Assembly: GCA_963785725.1 (NCBI GenBank)
Contig: CAWAWS010000033.1
Span: forward strand, 160,001-224,000
Reading direction: 5' to 3'
From: an uncultured delta proteobacterium
GTDB taxonomy: Bacteria; Myxococcota_A; Polyangia; Palsa-1104
DNA: 64,000 bases
A model generated the notes under the pieces. It worked only from the letters and a program-made list of their open reading frames with translations. It made no database searches and had not been told where the DNA came from. Shown piece after piece: positions 1-10,040 of the stretch. Every line of letters begins with the position of its first letter. Positions within the stretch are counted from its first letter, which is position 1. Made by a program: the position numbers and the translations under genes.

Positions 1-2199
1 GGCGCTGGCGGCGCCATCGACGAAGCCGGACATGCTGGAGCCGCCCGACAGCGTCGTCGTCTTCGTGGCGCCCATCGCCAAGCTGGAGACGATCTGCACG
101 CCTTGCGTGACGTAGACGGTGCCTTTGCCGTCGTAGACGAGGTCGTGTGGCTCCGTCACGCCCGAGGCCAGCGTCGTCACCTGCTGCGACTGGAGATCGT
201 AGGTGCGCACGGCGTTGTTGGCGTAGTCGGCGAAATAGAGGGTCTGCGCGCCGTCGAACGCCAGATAGTGCGCCGAGCCGATCTGCGCCGCGCTGCCGGC
301 GCCGTCGTTGGTGCCGCCTTGACCGGGGGTGCCGGCGACGGTGGAGACGACGGCGCTGTAGCTGCCGCCGGCGGTCGAGATGGCGAGCTTGCGGATCGTG
401 TTGTTGTAGAAGTCGCCGACGTAGACGTCGTTGCCGACGGCGACGGCGCCCCACGAGCCGTTGAAGCGCGCCAGCGCGCCCGGGCCGTCGAGCGTGCCGG
501 TCTGGAACGGCGAGCCGGCGAACGTCGAGACCGTGGGCGTCGCGCCGAGCGCGCCGGCGATGCGGCGAACGACGTTGTTCTGCGCGTCGAAGACGAAGAC
601 GTCGCTGCCGGCGACGGCGACGCAGCCGGGGCCGCGGAAGCGCGCCTGCGTGCCGAGCGCGTCGAGCCAGCCCGACGGCGAGCCGTTCGACGGGCCGGCG
701 ATGGTCGTGCGCTGGCCGTTGGATTTGGCGATGGTGGTGACGCTGTTGTTGCCGTACTCGGCGACGACGACGACACCGCTCGTGGCGTCGCCGAAGCTGG
801 CCAGCCCGGCCGGCGTCGTCAGGCGCGCGGCGGCGCCGACGGCGTCGACGTTGCCGTTCATGCCGGCGGTGCCCGCCAGCGTCGTCACCGTCGCCGACAC
901 CGGATCGACGGCGCGGATGACGTGATCGCCTTCGTCGGAGACGTAGATGGTCGTGCCGTCGTAGACGAGGCCGATGGGCCGGTCGAAGCTGGCCGGACCG
1001 GGAGTGCTGTCGACCGACGACTGCGTGCCGTTGCCGGCGAGCGTCGTCGTGGCGCCGCTGGTGATGTTGATGGAGCGGACGCGGTTGTTGCCCCATTCGG
1101 CGAGATAGAGCAGCCCGCGCGCTTCGTCGAGCGCCAGGCCGCCCGGCGTCGAGAAGCGCACCTGCGTCGCCGTCGGGCTGTCGACGATGCCGCTGGTGTC
1201 GGGCTGCCCGCACAGCGTCGACAGCTTGGGCGGCGACTGGGTCAAGTCGGCGACGCGAATCGTCTGCGCGCTGGCGTCGGCGATATAGAGCTTGGTCTCG
1301 GCCGTATCGAGCGCCATGCCGTAGGGATCGCGGATCGTCGCCGGTGGATCGCTCGCCTGCGTCGGGCTGTCGGCGATGCCGCTCGTGCCGGGCACGCCGA
1401 CGATGGTCGTGACCGCGCCCGTGGCCACGTCGATGCGGCGGACGACGCTGTTGGCGCGATCGCCGACGTAGAGGTGCTTGCCGTCGCTGGAGGCGATGAT
1501 GACGCCGTCGTAGGGCCCGAAGTTGAAGCGCGCCGCGGTGCCGACGGCGTCGACATCGCCGGTGCCGCCGGCCGCGCCCGCGAGCAGCACGACGTTGTTG
1601 AAGCCGACGGTGACCGGCACCGTGACCGACGCCGTCGCGTCGGACGCATCGGTGGCGACGACGTGAAAGAGGCCGGCATACGCGGGCGCCGTGTAGTTGC
1701 CGTCAGCGTCGATGCTGCCGCCGGTCGTCGACTCGACGACGCTCCAGGTGACCTCGCGCGTCGCCGTCAGCGCCAGCGTGCGGTTGCGGCCGACCGTCGC
1801 CGGCGACGGCGTGACCGCCAGCGGCTGCGGCGCCGACGCCATGAGCGTGATCGTCAGCTTGGCGATCCCGCCCGGCTTGAGCGTCACCGTGCCTTGGCCG
1901 GCGACGAGCGCGATGCCATGCGCGTCTTGCCCGACGAGGCTCAGCGTCACCGTCCCGCCCGACGTGTGCGGCCGATAGCGAAAGCGCTCGACGCGCGTGG
2001 CCGCGAAGCCATCGAGCGCCAACGACGTCTGCCCGCTCTCGGCGCCGCTCACCGTCAGCGCCAACGAGTGCACCGCCGCCAGCGTCGCCGCCGGCACCGT
2101 CGCCGGCGCCAACAGCGTGACGTCGACGGCATATTCCTTGGTGCAGCTGGACGACAGCAGCACGAACGCCAGCCACAACGAGCGCGAACGGAGCGTCAC
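1..2199 (-). CDS. NHL-repeat (beta-propeller) lipoprotein with N-terminal Ig-like region; 3' end runs off the window
   Basis: Absent from the ORF track because it has no stop in the window. Hand translation from GTG 2199: MTLRSRSLWLAFVLLSSSC (lipobox-like), later WSVVESTTGGSIDADGNYTAP and repeated TTLAG...DG...ARF...LYVAD motifs; both ends are in the same frame. Same architecture as the neighbouring gene. Alternative start 2208. Confidence 0.85.
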   Translation of the reverse strand, partial: MTLRSRSLWLAFVLLSSSCTKEYAVDVTLLAPATVPAATLAAVHSLALTVSGAESGQTSLALDGFAATRVERFRYRPHTSGGTVTLSLVGQDAHGIALVAGQGTVTLKPGGIAKLTITLMASAPQPLAVTPSPATVGRNRTLALTATREVTWSVVESTTGGSIDADGNYTAPAYAGLFHVVATDASDATASVTVPVTVGFNNVVLLAGAAGGTGDVDAVGTAARFNFGPYDGVIIASSDGKHLYVGDRANSVVRRIDVATGAVTTIVGVPGTSGIADSPTQASDPPATIRDPYGMALDTAETKLYIADASAQTIRVADLTQSPPKLSTLCGQPDTSGIVDSPTATQVRFSTPGGLALDEARGLLYLAEWGNNRVRSINITSGATTTLAGNGTQSSVDSTPGPASFDRPIGLVYDGTTIYVSDEGDHVIRAVDPVSATVTTLAGTAGMNGNVDAVGAAARLTTPAGLASFGDATSGVVVVAEYGNNSVTTIAKSNGQRTTIAGPSNGSPSGWLDALGTQARFRGPGCVAVAGSDVFVFDAQNNVVRRIAGALGATPTVSTFAGSPFQTGTLDGPGALARFNGSWGAVAVGNDVYVGDFYNNTIRKLAISTAGGSYSAVVSTVAGTPGQGGTNDGAGSAAQIGSAHYLAFDGAQTLYFADYANNAVRTYDLQSQQVTTLASGVTEPHDLVYDGKGTVYVTQGVQIVSSLAMGATKTTTLSGGSSMSGFVDGAASA

Positions 2200-2297
2200 C
2201 GCCGTCACTATATCATCGTCCACGCGCGCTCGGCTCGGCCACGCGACAAGAAGTCGTCGTGAATGTGCGAGTGGGGAAAGCTGCGCCCGAGAAGTAG

Positions 2298-4982
2298 CTA
2301 GTTGGCGATTTGGATGACCGACTCGCCGGCGCTCTCGACGATGAGCTCGCCGGTCGCGAACGCGGCCACGCCGGTCGGGAAGCTGAGCCCGCCGGGCGCG
2401 GCGCCGGCGAGCACGCCGCCGGCGTTGGCGACGCCGAGCAGCGTGCCGACCTCTTGCGACGCCGGATCGTAGACGCGCACGACCTCGTCGTCGGTGATGA
2501 GCAGCTGGCCGTTGGGCAGCATCGCCAGGCCGAAGGGCGACTCGAGCTGCGCGAACGCCGCCGGGCCATCGAGGTAGCCGACGGTGCCCATGACGTTGAC
2601 GACCGTGGTGACGTAGCCGCTCGCGAGATCGATGCGACGAATGGAGCTGGCGCTGGAATCGGCGACGTAGAGCGCGCCGGTGCCGTCGTAGACGATGCCG
2701 GTCGGATAGTTGAAGCGCGCTTCGGCGGCGCTGCCGTCGACCGCGATGCCGCCGCCGGCCGCGCCCCACATCGTCGTCGCCGGGCCGCTCGGCAGCGCGA
2801 TCTTGAGGACGGCGCCCGAGTCTTCGGTGACGTACATCGTCGTCGGGTCGACGAGCGCGGCGCCGCGCGGCAGCGCCACTTTGGTGACGATGGTGGTGAC
2901 CTGGCCGCTGGTCGTGTCGACGCTGCGGATGGCGCTGGCGTCGCAATCGATGACGTAGACGGTCGACGCGCCGTCGTAGACGAGGCCGGGCGCGGCGCCG
3001 AAGGTCGCGGCCGTGCCTTTGCCGTCGCTGGTGCCTTCGGTGCCGCTGCCGGCGAGCGTGGTGACGGTGGCCGCGAAGCCGCCGCCGGCGGCGCTGCTGA
3101 TGGCGATGTCGCGGATGCGATAGTTGGCGAAGTCGGCGATGAAGGCCACTGCTTTGGCGGTCGTGCCGCCGAGCGCGATGGCGTAAGGCGAGGAGAACTG
3201 CGCCTGCGCGCCCGCGCCGTTGGCGCTGCCGGCGTGCTGCGGCCAGCCAGCGAAGGTCGTGACCGCGTGCGTCGCGCCGGCGACGCTGGCGACGCGACGG
3301 ATGCAGCTGTTGCCGCTGTCGATGACGAACGCGTCGCCGCCGGCGATGGCGACCCCGGTCGCGCCGTTGAAGCGAACGCTGGCGCCGGTGCCGTCGGCGT
3401 AGCCGAGGCCGGGCGGATTCGTCGTCGAGCCGGCGAGCGTGGTGACGACGCCCGAGGACTTGACGATGAGGCGCAGGTTGCCGTTGTTGGGATCGCCGAC
3501 GACGAGCTGCCCCGACGCGGCGGTGCCGATGGACGCGACGCCGTTGGGCCGGCTGAAGAGCGCGGCCGCGCCGGTGCCGTCGCCGTTGCCGAAGTTGCCG
3601 GCGGTGCCGGCCAGCGTCGTCACCGTCGAATTCGACAGCGTGATCTTGCGGACGACGCCGTCGGCTTCACTGAAGTAGACCGCCTGATCGTCGATGGCGA
3701 CGCCGATGGGGTTGGACAGCTGCACCGGCCCCGGGTTGCTGTCGACGGAGGCGCAGTTGCCGTTGCCGGCGAGCGTCGTCGTGGCGCCGCCGGCGATGGC
3801 GACCGAGCGCACGCGGCAGTTGTTGTACTCGGCGACGTAGAGGAGGCCGCGCTTTTCGTCGAGCGCGATGCCGAGCAGCGTGTTGAATACGGCGGCGGAG
3901 CCGGTGGGCGCGTCGCCGTAGCCGTAAATGTAGGGCTGGCCGGCGACGGTGGTGACGCGCGGCGGCGTCATCGTCAGGTCGATGGCGCGGATGGTGGCGT
4001 TGCCGAAGTCGCTGACGTAGACGTGCTGCTCGGCGGCGTCGACGGCGATGCCCCAGGGCGCGCTGAACGTCGCCGGCGGATCGCCGGGATGGCTCGGGCT
4101 GTCGTTGGCGCCGTTGACGCCGGGCACGCCGGCGATGGTGGTGACGGCGCCCGACGCGATGTCGATGCGACGGACGGTGCCGTTGCCGCGATCGGCGACG
4201 TACAGGTGCGTGCCGGCGCTGTTGGCGGCGAGGCTGGAGTCGCCGCCGACGAAGTCGAAGCGCGCGTCGTTGCCGGTGCCGTCGCGGCTGCCGGAGCCGC
4301 CGGGCATGCCGGCCAACGTCGCCAGCGTGTTGTAGCCGACGGTGACGGTGACGCTGGTGGAGCCGCCGCCGTTGGCGCTGGCGACGACGTGATAGAGGCC
4401 GGGAATGGCGGGCGCGTGATAGGTGCCGTCGCTGCCGATGCTACCGCCGTTGGTCTCGACGACGCTCCAGATGACGGCGGCGCCGGCGCTGAAGCTGACG
4501 CTGCCGTTGCGCCCGACGCTGGCCGCGGCCGGCGTCACCGTCGGTCCGGCCGCGCCCATGTCGCCGGCCGAGGCGCTCGTGCCCGGCGGCGTGAGCACGA
4601 TCTGCAGCTTGGCGCGACCGTGGACGAGCGTCGCCATCGCGCTGCCGCTCGCCAACACGTGGCCGCCGCCGTCGACGGCGCTGACGGCGATCGTGAGTGC
4701 GCCGCTCGACGCGCTCGGCAGGTACCAGAGCTGCTGGCTGTGCGTCGCCGTCAGCCCGTCGGCCAGCATGCGATATTGGTTGCTCTCGGCGCCGCTGGCC
4801 GCGACGAGGAAGTACTGCAGCGACGTCGCCTGCGCCGCCGTCAGCTGCGGCGCGCTGACCGTGACCTCGACGCCGCCGGCGCTGTTCTGCGGCGCGCAGC
4901 CGACGCCGCCGATGACGACGCTGCCGCAGCCGACCAGGGCGCAAGCGAGGATCCCGAACCGACGCAGCGTCGCTTCCCGCAT
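2298..4982 (-). CDS. NHL-repeat lipoprotein with N-terminal Ig-like region
   Basis: Many VTTLAG..DG.G..A.F..P.GIA....LYVAD..N..IR.I repeats; signal with ALVGC; ATG 4982 preceded by GAGGAGG. Confidence 0.9.
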   Translation of the reverse strand: MREATLRRFGILACALVGCGSVVIGGVGCAPQNSAGGVEVTVSAPQLTAAQATSLQYFLVAASGAESNQYRMLADGLTATHSQQLWYLPSASSGALTIAVSAVDGGGHVLASGSAMATLVHGRAKLQIVLTPPGTSASAGDMGAAGPTVTPAAASVGRNGSVSFSAGAAVIWSVVETNGGSIGSDGTYHAPAIPGLYHVVASANGGGSTSVTVTVGYNTLATLAGMPGGSGSRDGTGNDARFDFVGGDSSLAANSAGTHLYVADRGNGTVRRIDIASGAVTTIAGVPGVNGANDSPSHPGDPPATFSAPWGIAVDAAEQHVYVSDFGNATIRAIDLTMTPPRVTTVAGQPYIYGYGDAPTGSAAVFNTLLGIALDEKRGLLYVAEYNNCRVRSVAIAGGATTTLAGNGNCASVDSNPGPVQLSNPIGVAIDDQAVYFSEADGVVRKITLSNSTVTTLAGTAGNFGNGDGTGAAALFSRPNGVASIGTAASGQLVVGDPNNGNLRLIVKSSGVVTTLAGSTTNPPGLGYADGTGASVRFNGATGVAIAGGDAFVIDSGNSCIRRVASVAGATHAVTTFAGWPQHAGSANGAGAQAQFSSPYAIALGGTTAKAVAFIADFANYRIRDIAISSAAGGGFAATVTTLAGSGTEGTSDGKGTAATFGAAPGLVYDGASTVYVIDCDASAIRSVDTTSGQVTTIVTKVALPRGAALVDPTTMYVTEDSGAVLKIALPSGPATTMWGAAGGGIAVDGSAAEARFNYPTGIVYDGTGALYVADSSASSIRRIDLASGYVTTVVNVMGTVGYLDGPAAFAQLESPFGLAMLPNGQLLITDDEVVRVYDPASQEVGTLLGVANAGGVLAGAAPGGLSFPTGVAAFATGELIVESAGESVIQIAN

Positions 4983-5036
4983 CCGACCTCCTCGCTGCCG
5001 CTGCAGCAACCGCGACCGCAACTGTTACTGCGACAA

Positions 5037-6728
5037 CTAGAACGGATCCTCGATCTGCCCTTCACCGGCCAAGCTCTTGATCGGCTTCTTCGGCAAGCGC
5101 GCCAGCTCGACCTCGAGCTCGGCGTGCGCGTCGCCGGCGACGACACGCGTGGCGCTGCGGAAGCCCGGCTTGCGAATGACGAGCGCGCGCTTGCCCGCCT
5201 GCGCCGGCAGCTCCGTCGTCAGCGGCACCGTGCCGAGCACGTGATCGCCCTGCACGACCTGCGCGCCGTCGGTGCCGGCGACGTGCAGGCGCACCGGCTG
5301 CGGCGCCGGCGCCGCCACGACCAGCTGCGGCGGCGACGGCATCGTCGGCGCCACAGCCAACGCCGACTCACGCGTCACCACCGGCATCGGCGGCGAGATC
5401 GGCGGCGCCGAGGCGGTCATCGTCATCTGCGTCATCTGCGGCGCCCGACCGTCGCCGAAGCGGATCACCGTCAGCGCCACGATGAGCGCCGCCGCGCACG
5501 AGCCGGCCACGATGATCGCCCGCCGATGCCCCTGCGGGCGCAGCGACACCACCGGCAGCTCGATCGACTGCATCTCGCCCGTGGTCCGGCTCAACGTCGT
5601 CTCGGTGCGGTCGAGCAGCGGCACGACCGGGCTCGACGCGACGCCGATCTGCCCCGAGCGCGCCATCGGCAAGGGCGGCGGCACGAACGGCGACTCCTGC
5701 GCCATCGTCACTTCCAGCTCCGCCAGCTCCGCCGGTAAGTCGTCGTGCTCTTCCAGCACCGCGTCTTGGTCGAGCGAGGGCAAGAGCTCGACTTGCGCCG
5801 CCGACGGCATCTCCAGCGTGGCGATGAACACGCGCTGCCGATCGGACGTGCCGCGCCGCTCGCGCACGATCGGCGCCAGCGCCTGCACCACTTCGCCGCA
5901 GCTCTGAAAGCGATCTTCACGATTGCGCGCCAGCATGCGCAGCACGATCGTGTCCAGCTCGGCCGTGATGTCCGGCCGCATCGACGACGGCGCCGGCGGA
6001 TTGGCGTCGCGAATGCGGCGCAGCGTCTGCAAGTCGTCCTCGCCGCGAAAGACGCGCCGCATGGTCAACAGCTCGTGCAGCACGATGCCGAGCGAGAAGA
6101 TGTCCGACCGGCGATCGACGGGATCGCCTTCGGCCTGCTCCGGCGACATGTAACTGATCTTGCCCTTGAGCGTGCCCGTGCGCGTCAGATCGTCGCGCAT
6201 GTGGCTGGCCGCTTTGGCGATGCCGAAGTCGAGCAGCTTCACGTCGCCCGTCGCCGTCATCATGATGTTCGACGGGCTCACATCGCGATGCACGATCTCG
6301 AGCGGCCGCCCTTCGCCGTCGTGCAGCGCGTGCGCATAATCGAGCGCGCTCGCCACCTCGGCGACGATGCGGCAGGCGATCTCGACGGGAATCAGCCGCT
6401 TCAAGTTGGCGACGCGGCGAGCGACCTGCACGAGGTCGAAGCCTTCGATGTGCTCCATCGCCAAGAACGGCTGGCCTTGCATGGCGCCGAACTCGAACAC
6501 GCGCACGATATTGGGATGTCGTAAGAGAACGCTGAGCCGCGCCTCCGCTAAGAACATCTTGACGAAGCTGGAGTCGCGCGCGACTTCGGGAAGGATGCGC
6601 TTGACGACACAGCGCTGCCCGACTGAGCCGCCTTCGTGCAGCATTGCTTCATAGACAATCGCCATTCCGCCCCGACCGAGCACCTTACCCAGTCGATATT
6701 TTGCGAGAGGCTGAACACTCATTGTCAC
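5037..6728 (-). CDS. Hanks-type Ser/Thr protein kinase with TM helix and C-terminal PEGA-like domain
   Basis: LGRGGMA, VVKRIL, HRDVSPSN, DFGIAK, YMSPEQ, DIFSLG motifs; hydrophobic IIVAGSCAAALIVALTVI; LGTVPL...LVIRKPGF. Start could be ATG 6722. Confidence 0.95.
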   Translation of the reverse strand: MTMSVQPLAKYRLGKVLGRGGMAIVYEAMLHEGGSVGQRCVVKRILPEVARDSSFVKMFLAEARLSVLLRHPNIVRVFEFGAMQGQPFLAMEHIEGFDLVQVARRVANLKRLIPVEIACRIVAEVASALDYAHALHDGEGRPLEIVHRDVSPSNIMMTATGDVKLLDFGIAKAASHMRDDLTRTGTLKGKISYMSPEQAEGDPVDRRSDIFSLGIVLHELLTMRRVFRGEDDLQTLRRIRDANPPAPSSMRPDITAELDTIVLRMLARNREDRFQSCGEVVQALAPIVRERRGTSDRQRVFIATLEMPSAAQVELLPSLDQDAVLEEHDDLPAELAELEVTMAQESPFVPPPLPMARSGQIGVASSPVVPLLDRTETTLSRTTGEMQSIELPVVSLRPQGHRRAIIVAGSCAAALIVALTVIRFGDGRAPQMTQMTMTASAPPISPPMPVVTRESALAVAPTMPSPPQLVVAAPAPQPVRLHVAGTDGAQVVQGDHVLGTVPLTTELPAQAGKRALVIRKPGFRSATRVVAGDAHAELEVELARLPKKPIKSLAGEGQIEDPF

Positions 6729-6733
6729 CTATG

Positions 6734-6763
6734 AGTTTATCGACGGTAGCGTAATAGCGTCAA
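6734..6763 (-). promoter_or_regulatory. sigma70-type promoter candidate for the kinase gene
   Basis: Minus strand TTGACG-18nt-TAAACT in the AT-rich divergent gap. Confidence 0.45.
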
Positions 6764-6801
6764 TCGCTGTCTTAAGGACTATGTTAAGATGAGGAGTGCG
6801 A

Positions 6802-7464
6802 ATGCGCTTGCGTCATCCAATGTACGTACTGTCGTTATGCGTACTCGTGAATGCTCTCTGTGCCGCGCGCGCGCATGCCAAACCGACGACAAACGAGCTG
6901 GCCAGGGCCCACTTCGAGCTCGGACGGGCTCAGTACAAACACGGTGACTATGAAGGCGCGCTGCGCGAGTTCGACGAGTCCTTCAAGCTACAACAAGCGC
7001 CTTTGCTGCTCTATAACGCCGGATTGGCAGCGCGCAAAGCCGGGCATGACGCAGTCGCGTTGCACCGATTTGAAGATTATCTAAAACGCGCGCCCGACGA
7101 CGCCGCCGAGCGCAGCGAAGTACAACGTTATGTCGATGAGTTGCACGCGGCCGGGATTACGGAGGAGCCGCAAACGCCGGCGGTCGTCGCGCCGCCGCCG
7201 GTCGTCGCGCCGCCGCCGCCGCTGACGCCGGTTCCCGTCGTCGTCGCGCCGCCTGCGTCAGATTCGCCGCACCCGGTGCCCGTCTACAAAAAGTGGTGGC
7301 TGTGGACGACCGTGGGCGTCGTCGTCTTGGCCGGCGTTGGTGTCGGTGTCGGCTTGGCGTTGTCGCAGGGCGATAACTTCAAACCGACATTGCCCGACGT
7401 CTCGCTCAATTCGCTGCCGGCGCACGCCGCCGCGTCATTGACGTTCCGCTTGGCGCGCCACTAA
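6802..7464 (+). CDS. Exported tetratricopeptide-repeat protein with Pro-rich linker and C-terminal TM
   Basis: Signal peptide; ARAHFELGRAQYKHGDYEGALREF and LLYNAGLA TPR motifs; PVYKKWWLWTTVGVVV TM; GAGGAG RBS. Confidence 0.85.
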   Translation: MRLRHPMYVLSLCVLVNALCAARAHAKPTTNELARAHFELGRAQYKHGDYEGALREFDESFKLQQAPLLLYNAGLAARKAGHDAVALHRFEDYLKRAPDDAAERSEVQRYVDELHAAGITEEPQTPAVVAPPPVVAPPPPLTPVPVVVAPPASDSPHPVPVYKKWWLWTTVGVVVLAGVGVGVGLALSQGDNFKPTLPDVSLNSLPAHAAASLTFRLARH

Positions 7465-7526
7465 GCGACGCCGAGAATTCCTTAAGCGCGCATTGCGCGA
7501 ATGCCAAGCATTCGTGCGCGGTCGTT

Positions 7527-8207
7527 TTACGAGCCGGGCGCCCACTGAAAGGGCAATGGCAACTTTGCGATCTGCGTAAGCGCCTCCTCTTGCCAGTGCG
7601 CATTCGATCGCTGCAGCGGCAAGAGCGCGTCGTAAGCCGACAAGAGCCAGTGCACGTAATCGTCGACGGTGAACGGCTGCTCGCGCGGCTGCAGCGCGGC
7701 CGCCTCGTCCCAGCGCTCGACGACGCGCAGATAGAGCGCGCGCGCTTGCAGATCGACGAGGACGGCGTCGGCGAGCGCGCCTTTGTCGGCTTCGAAGCGC
7801 GCGCGCTGCGGCGGCGGACAGAGCGCGTGCCCCAGAAAGTCGACGCCGGTCGGCGCGCGCCACGCCGAATGCAGCGGATAGACGCGGCAGGCGAGCGGAC
7901 GCGCCGCGTGCACGCCGCAGCGATGGGCTTGGCCGAGCGACATGAGCAGCGCGCAGGCGCCGTTCGGCTGTTTGCGCAGGAGGAACGCCTGGCGCGGACC
8001 GCCGCGATGGAGCGTGAACGACTCGGCCCAATCGTCGGGTGTCGTGCGCACGGTGACGAGCGACGACCAGGGCACGGCGAGCGCGCGCAACAGGCGCCAC
8101 AAGTCGTGACCATTGACGGGCACGACGTACTCGAAGCAGCACGGCGTCGTGCAGCCGAAGCAGGCCGACGCGCTCGCGGCCTGGCCGTGGACGACGGGCA
8201 GCTTCAT
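7527..8207 (-). CDS. YkgJ-family (CxxCxxCC) cysteine-cluster protein
   Basis: CFGCTTPCC, GACALL, RCGVHAARPLACRVYP; ATG 8207 overlaps the upstream TGA (ATGA). Confidence 0.85.
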   Translation of the reverse strand: MKLPVVHGQAASASACFGCTTPCCFEYVVPVNGHDLWRLLRALAVPWSSLVTVRTTPDDWAESFTLHRGGPRQAFLLRKQPNGACALLMSLGQAHRCGVHAARPLACRVYPLHSAWRAPTGVDFLGHALCPPPQRARFEADKGALADAVLVDLQARALYLRVVERWDEAAALQPREQPFTVDDYVHWLLSAYDALLPLQRSNAHWQEEALTQIAKLPLPFQWAPGS

Positions 8208-8758
8208 CGGGCGGCGGTCATCCACGTGAGGTAGTCGTCGATGACGTGGCGACGGCCGCTGCGCGCGACGGCCTCATTCCAGCGCCCGCGAGCGGCGGCG
8301 TCGGCGGCGGATTCGGCGACGGCAGCGTCGATGTCGGCGCGCGCGTCGCCGATTCGCGCGCGCCAGGCGGCGGCGAGCGGCGGCGGGCAGGCGGCGTCGT
8401 TGCCGAGCGCGACCTGCGGCGCGGCGGTCGGCAGATCGGCATCGGCGGCGGCGGCGAGCGCGACGTGCCACGGGTAGACGCGACAAGAGAGCGGGCGAAC
8501 GGCGTGCACGCCGCAGCGTCGCGTCGTGCCCAACGAGACGGCGAAGACGCAGCTGCCGTCGCCGGCGTGGCGCAAGCGGAAGCCGTAGCGCGGGCCGTCG
8601 GCGGCGAGCAGGAAGCCGTCGTCGTCGCTGACGACGGCCGCGAACGACGACCACGACAGGCCCAGCGCGGCTTGCAGGCGGCCCACGTCGGCGGCGCCGA
8701 GCGCGACCGCGCGGCCGACACAGCAGGGCGCGGCGCAGGTGACGCACGGCGAGCTCAT
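8204..8758 (-). CDS. YkgJ-family (CxxCxxCC) cysteine-cluster protein
   Basis: CVTCAAPCC, GSCVF, RCGVHAVRPLSCRVYP. Confidence 0.85.
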   Translation of the reverse strand: MSSPCVTCAAPCCVGRAVALGAADVGRLQAALGLSWSSFAAVVSDDDGFLLAADGPRYGFRLRHAGDGSCVFAVSLGTTRRCGVHAVRPLSCRVYPWHVALAAAADADLPTAAPQVALGNDAACPPPLAAAWRARIGDARADIDAAVAESAADAAARGRWNEAVARSGRRHVIDDYLTWMTAAR

Positions 8759-8765
8759 GCGACCG

Positions 8766-10040
8766 CTAAGGCTCGGCTTGCGCGCGCAGGCGACCGTCGA
8801 GCTCGGTCACGGCCGCGTGCACCGCCGGCTTGTCGGCGAGCGACAGCGCCAAGAGCTTCCACGGCGCGCGCTCGTGCGGCAGGAAGAAGGCCTCGCGCGC
8901 CAGCAGCCGCACGCCGTCGCGCCGAACGGCTTCGGGCGCCGACTGCATGAGATCGTAGCCGCAGCCGTAGTCGTTGCCGAAGCCGGTCAGATAGTCGTGC
9001 CACAGCTGCAGCGCGCGCTCGGGCTGGCGACGCGAGGCGACGGCGACACGCACTTGCGCCGCGTAACGCCACAGCTTGTCGCTCGCGCAGGCGGCTTCGA
9101 CGCGCGCCGCCGGCACGGCGAATTCGGCGGCGCTCGCCGGAAAGATCGCGCCCAAGTGCGCGCGCACGAGGTCGAGCCGCAGCGTCGGCGGGCCGAGCTC
9201 GGGCGCGCGCTGCGCAAAGCTATCGCGCGCCATCGCCTGCGCCCGGCGCGCGTCACCGAGCGCCAAGAGCGAGCGGTAGACCAAATACTCGGCCACGTCG
9301 TTGAGCTCGGCGTCGGGCACGTCGCCGCGGCGGATGGCGTCGCCGGGAATCTTGCGCGGCACCTCGGCGTCGAAGAGCGTCTCGCACAGCGGCAGCGCCG
9401 CCGTTCGCTCGCCGAGCGCGCGCGACAGCCAGTCGAGGTAGATCGACGCCAGCGACGGCAAATGCGCCAGCTGTAGGAGGCGCGCGTAGGCCAGCACGCT
9501 GGCGCGCACGTCGGGCTTCGTCAGCAGCGGATCGCCGCGCCGGCCGAGCTCGTCGAGCGCCCCCAAGTGGAAGTCGTAGGCGAAGACCAACAGATCCGCC
9601 GTCGGCCGCTGCGCCAGCGACGGATCGCGCGCCACCGTCGCCAGCAGGGTCGCCGCCGGGTGCGCGTTCAGATCGACGCCGAGCTGCCCGGGCGCCGGGC
9701 GCGCCGGGCCGAGCCGCTTGGCCGCCTGGCGCAGCTCGACGACGAAGGCAGCGTCGGCATCGGGCGCGAACAGCGTCTGCGCCAGCACATCGCCGGCGAC
9801 GAGCGCGCGTTCGAGCGGCCGGTCGGCCAACAGCGGCCACAGCGCGCGGACGAGGCGCGGATCGAGCCCGCGTCGTGGCAGCTGGCCGAGAATGCGCTTC
9901 AGCTGCAGGGCCGGCGGCTCGTCGAAGCGCGCGTCGCGCGGGGTCGCCGCCGGATCGAGCACGACCGGCGGCACGGTCGCCAAGATCGCCGCCGTCGCCG
10001 GCAGTCCGAGCGCGCGCGCTTTGTCGACGATCGTCGTCAT
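8766..10040 (-). CDS. Hypothetical, probably alpha-helical protein (424 aa)
   Basis: Protein-like Leu/Ala-rich composition; ATGA overlap with the upstream HATPase stop, 7-nt gap to the downstream gene. Confidence 0.75.
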   Translation of the reverse strand: MTTIVDKARALGLPATAAILATVPPVVLDPAATPRDARFDEPPALQLKRILGQLPRRGLDPRLVRALWPLLADRPLERALVAGDVLAQTLFAPDADAAFVVELRQAAKRLGPARPAPGQLGVDLNAHPAATLLATVARDPSLAQRPTADLLVFAYDFHLGALDELGRRGDPLLTKPDVRASVLAYARLLQLAHLPSLASIYLDWLSRALGERTAALPLCETLFDAEVPRKIPGDAIRRGDVPDAELNDVAEYLVYRSLLALGDARRAQAMARDSFAQRAPELGPPTLRLDLVRAHLGAIFPASAAEFAVPAARVEAACASDKLWRYAAQVRVAVASRRQPERALQLWHDYLTGFGNDYGCGYDLMQSAPEAVRRDGVRLLAREAFFLPHERAPWKLLALSLADKPAVHAAVTELDGRLRAQAEP

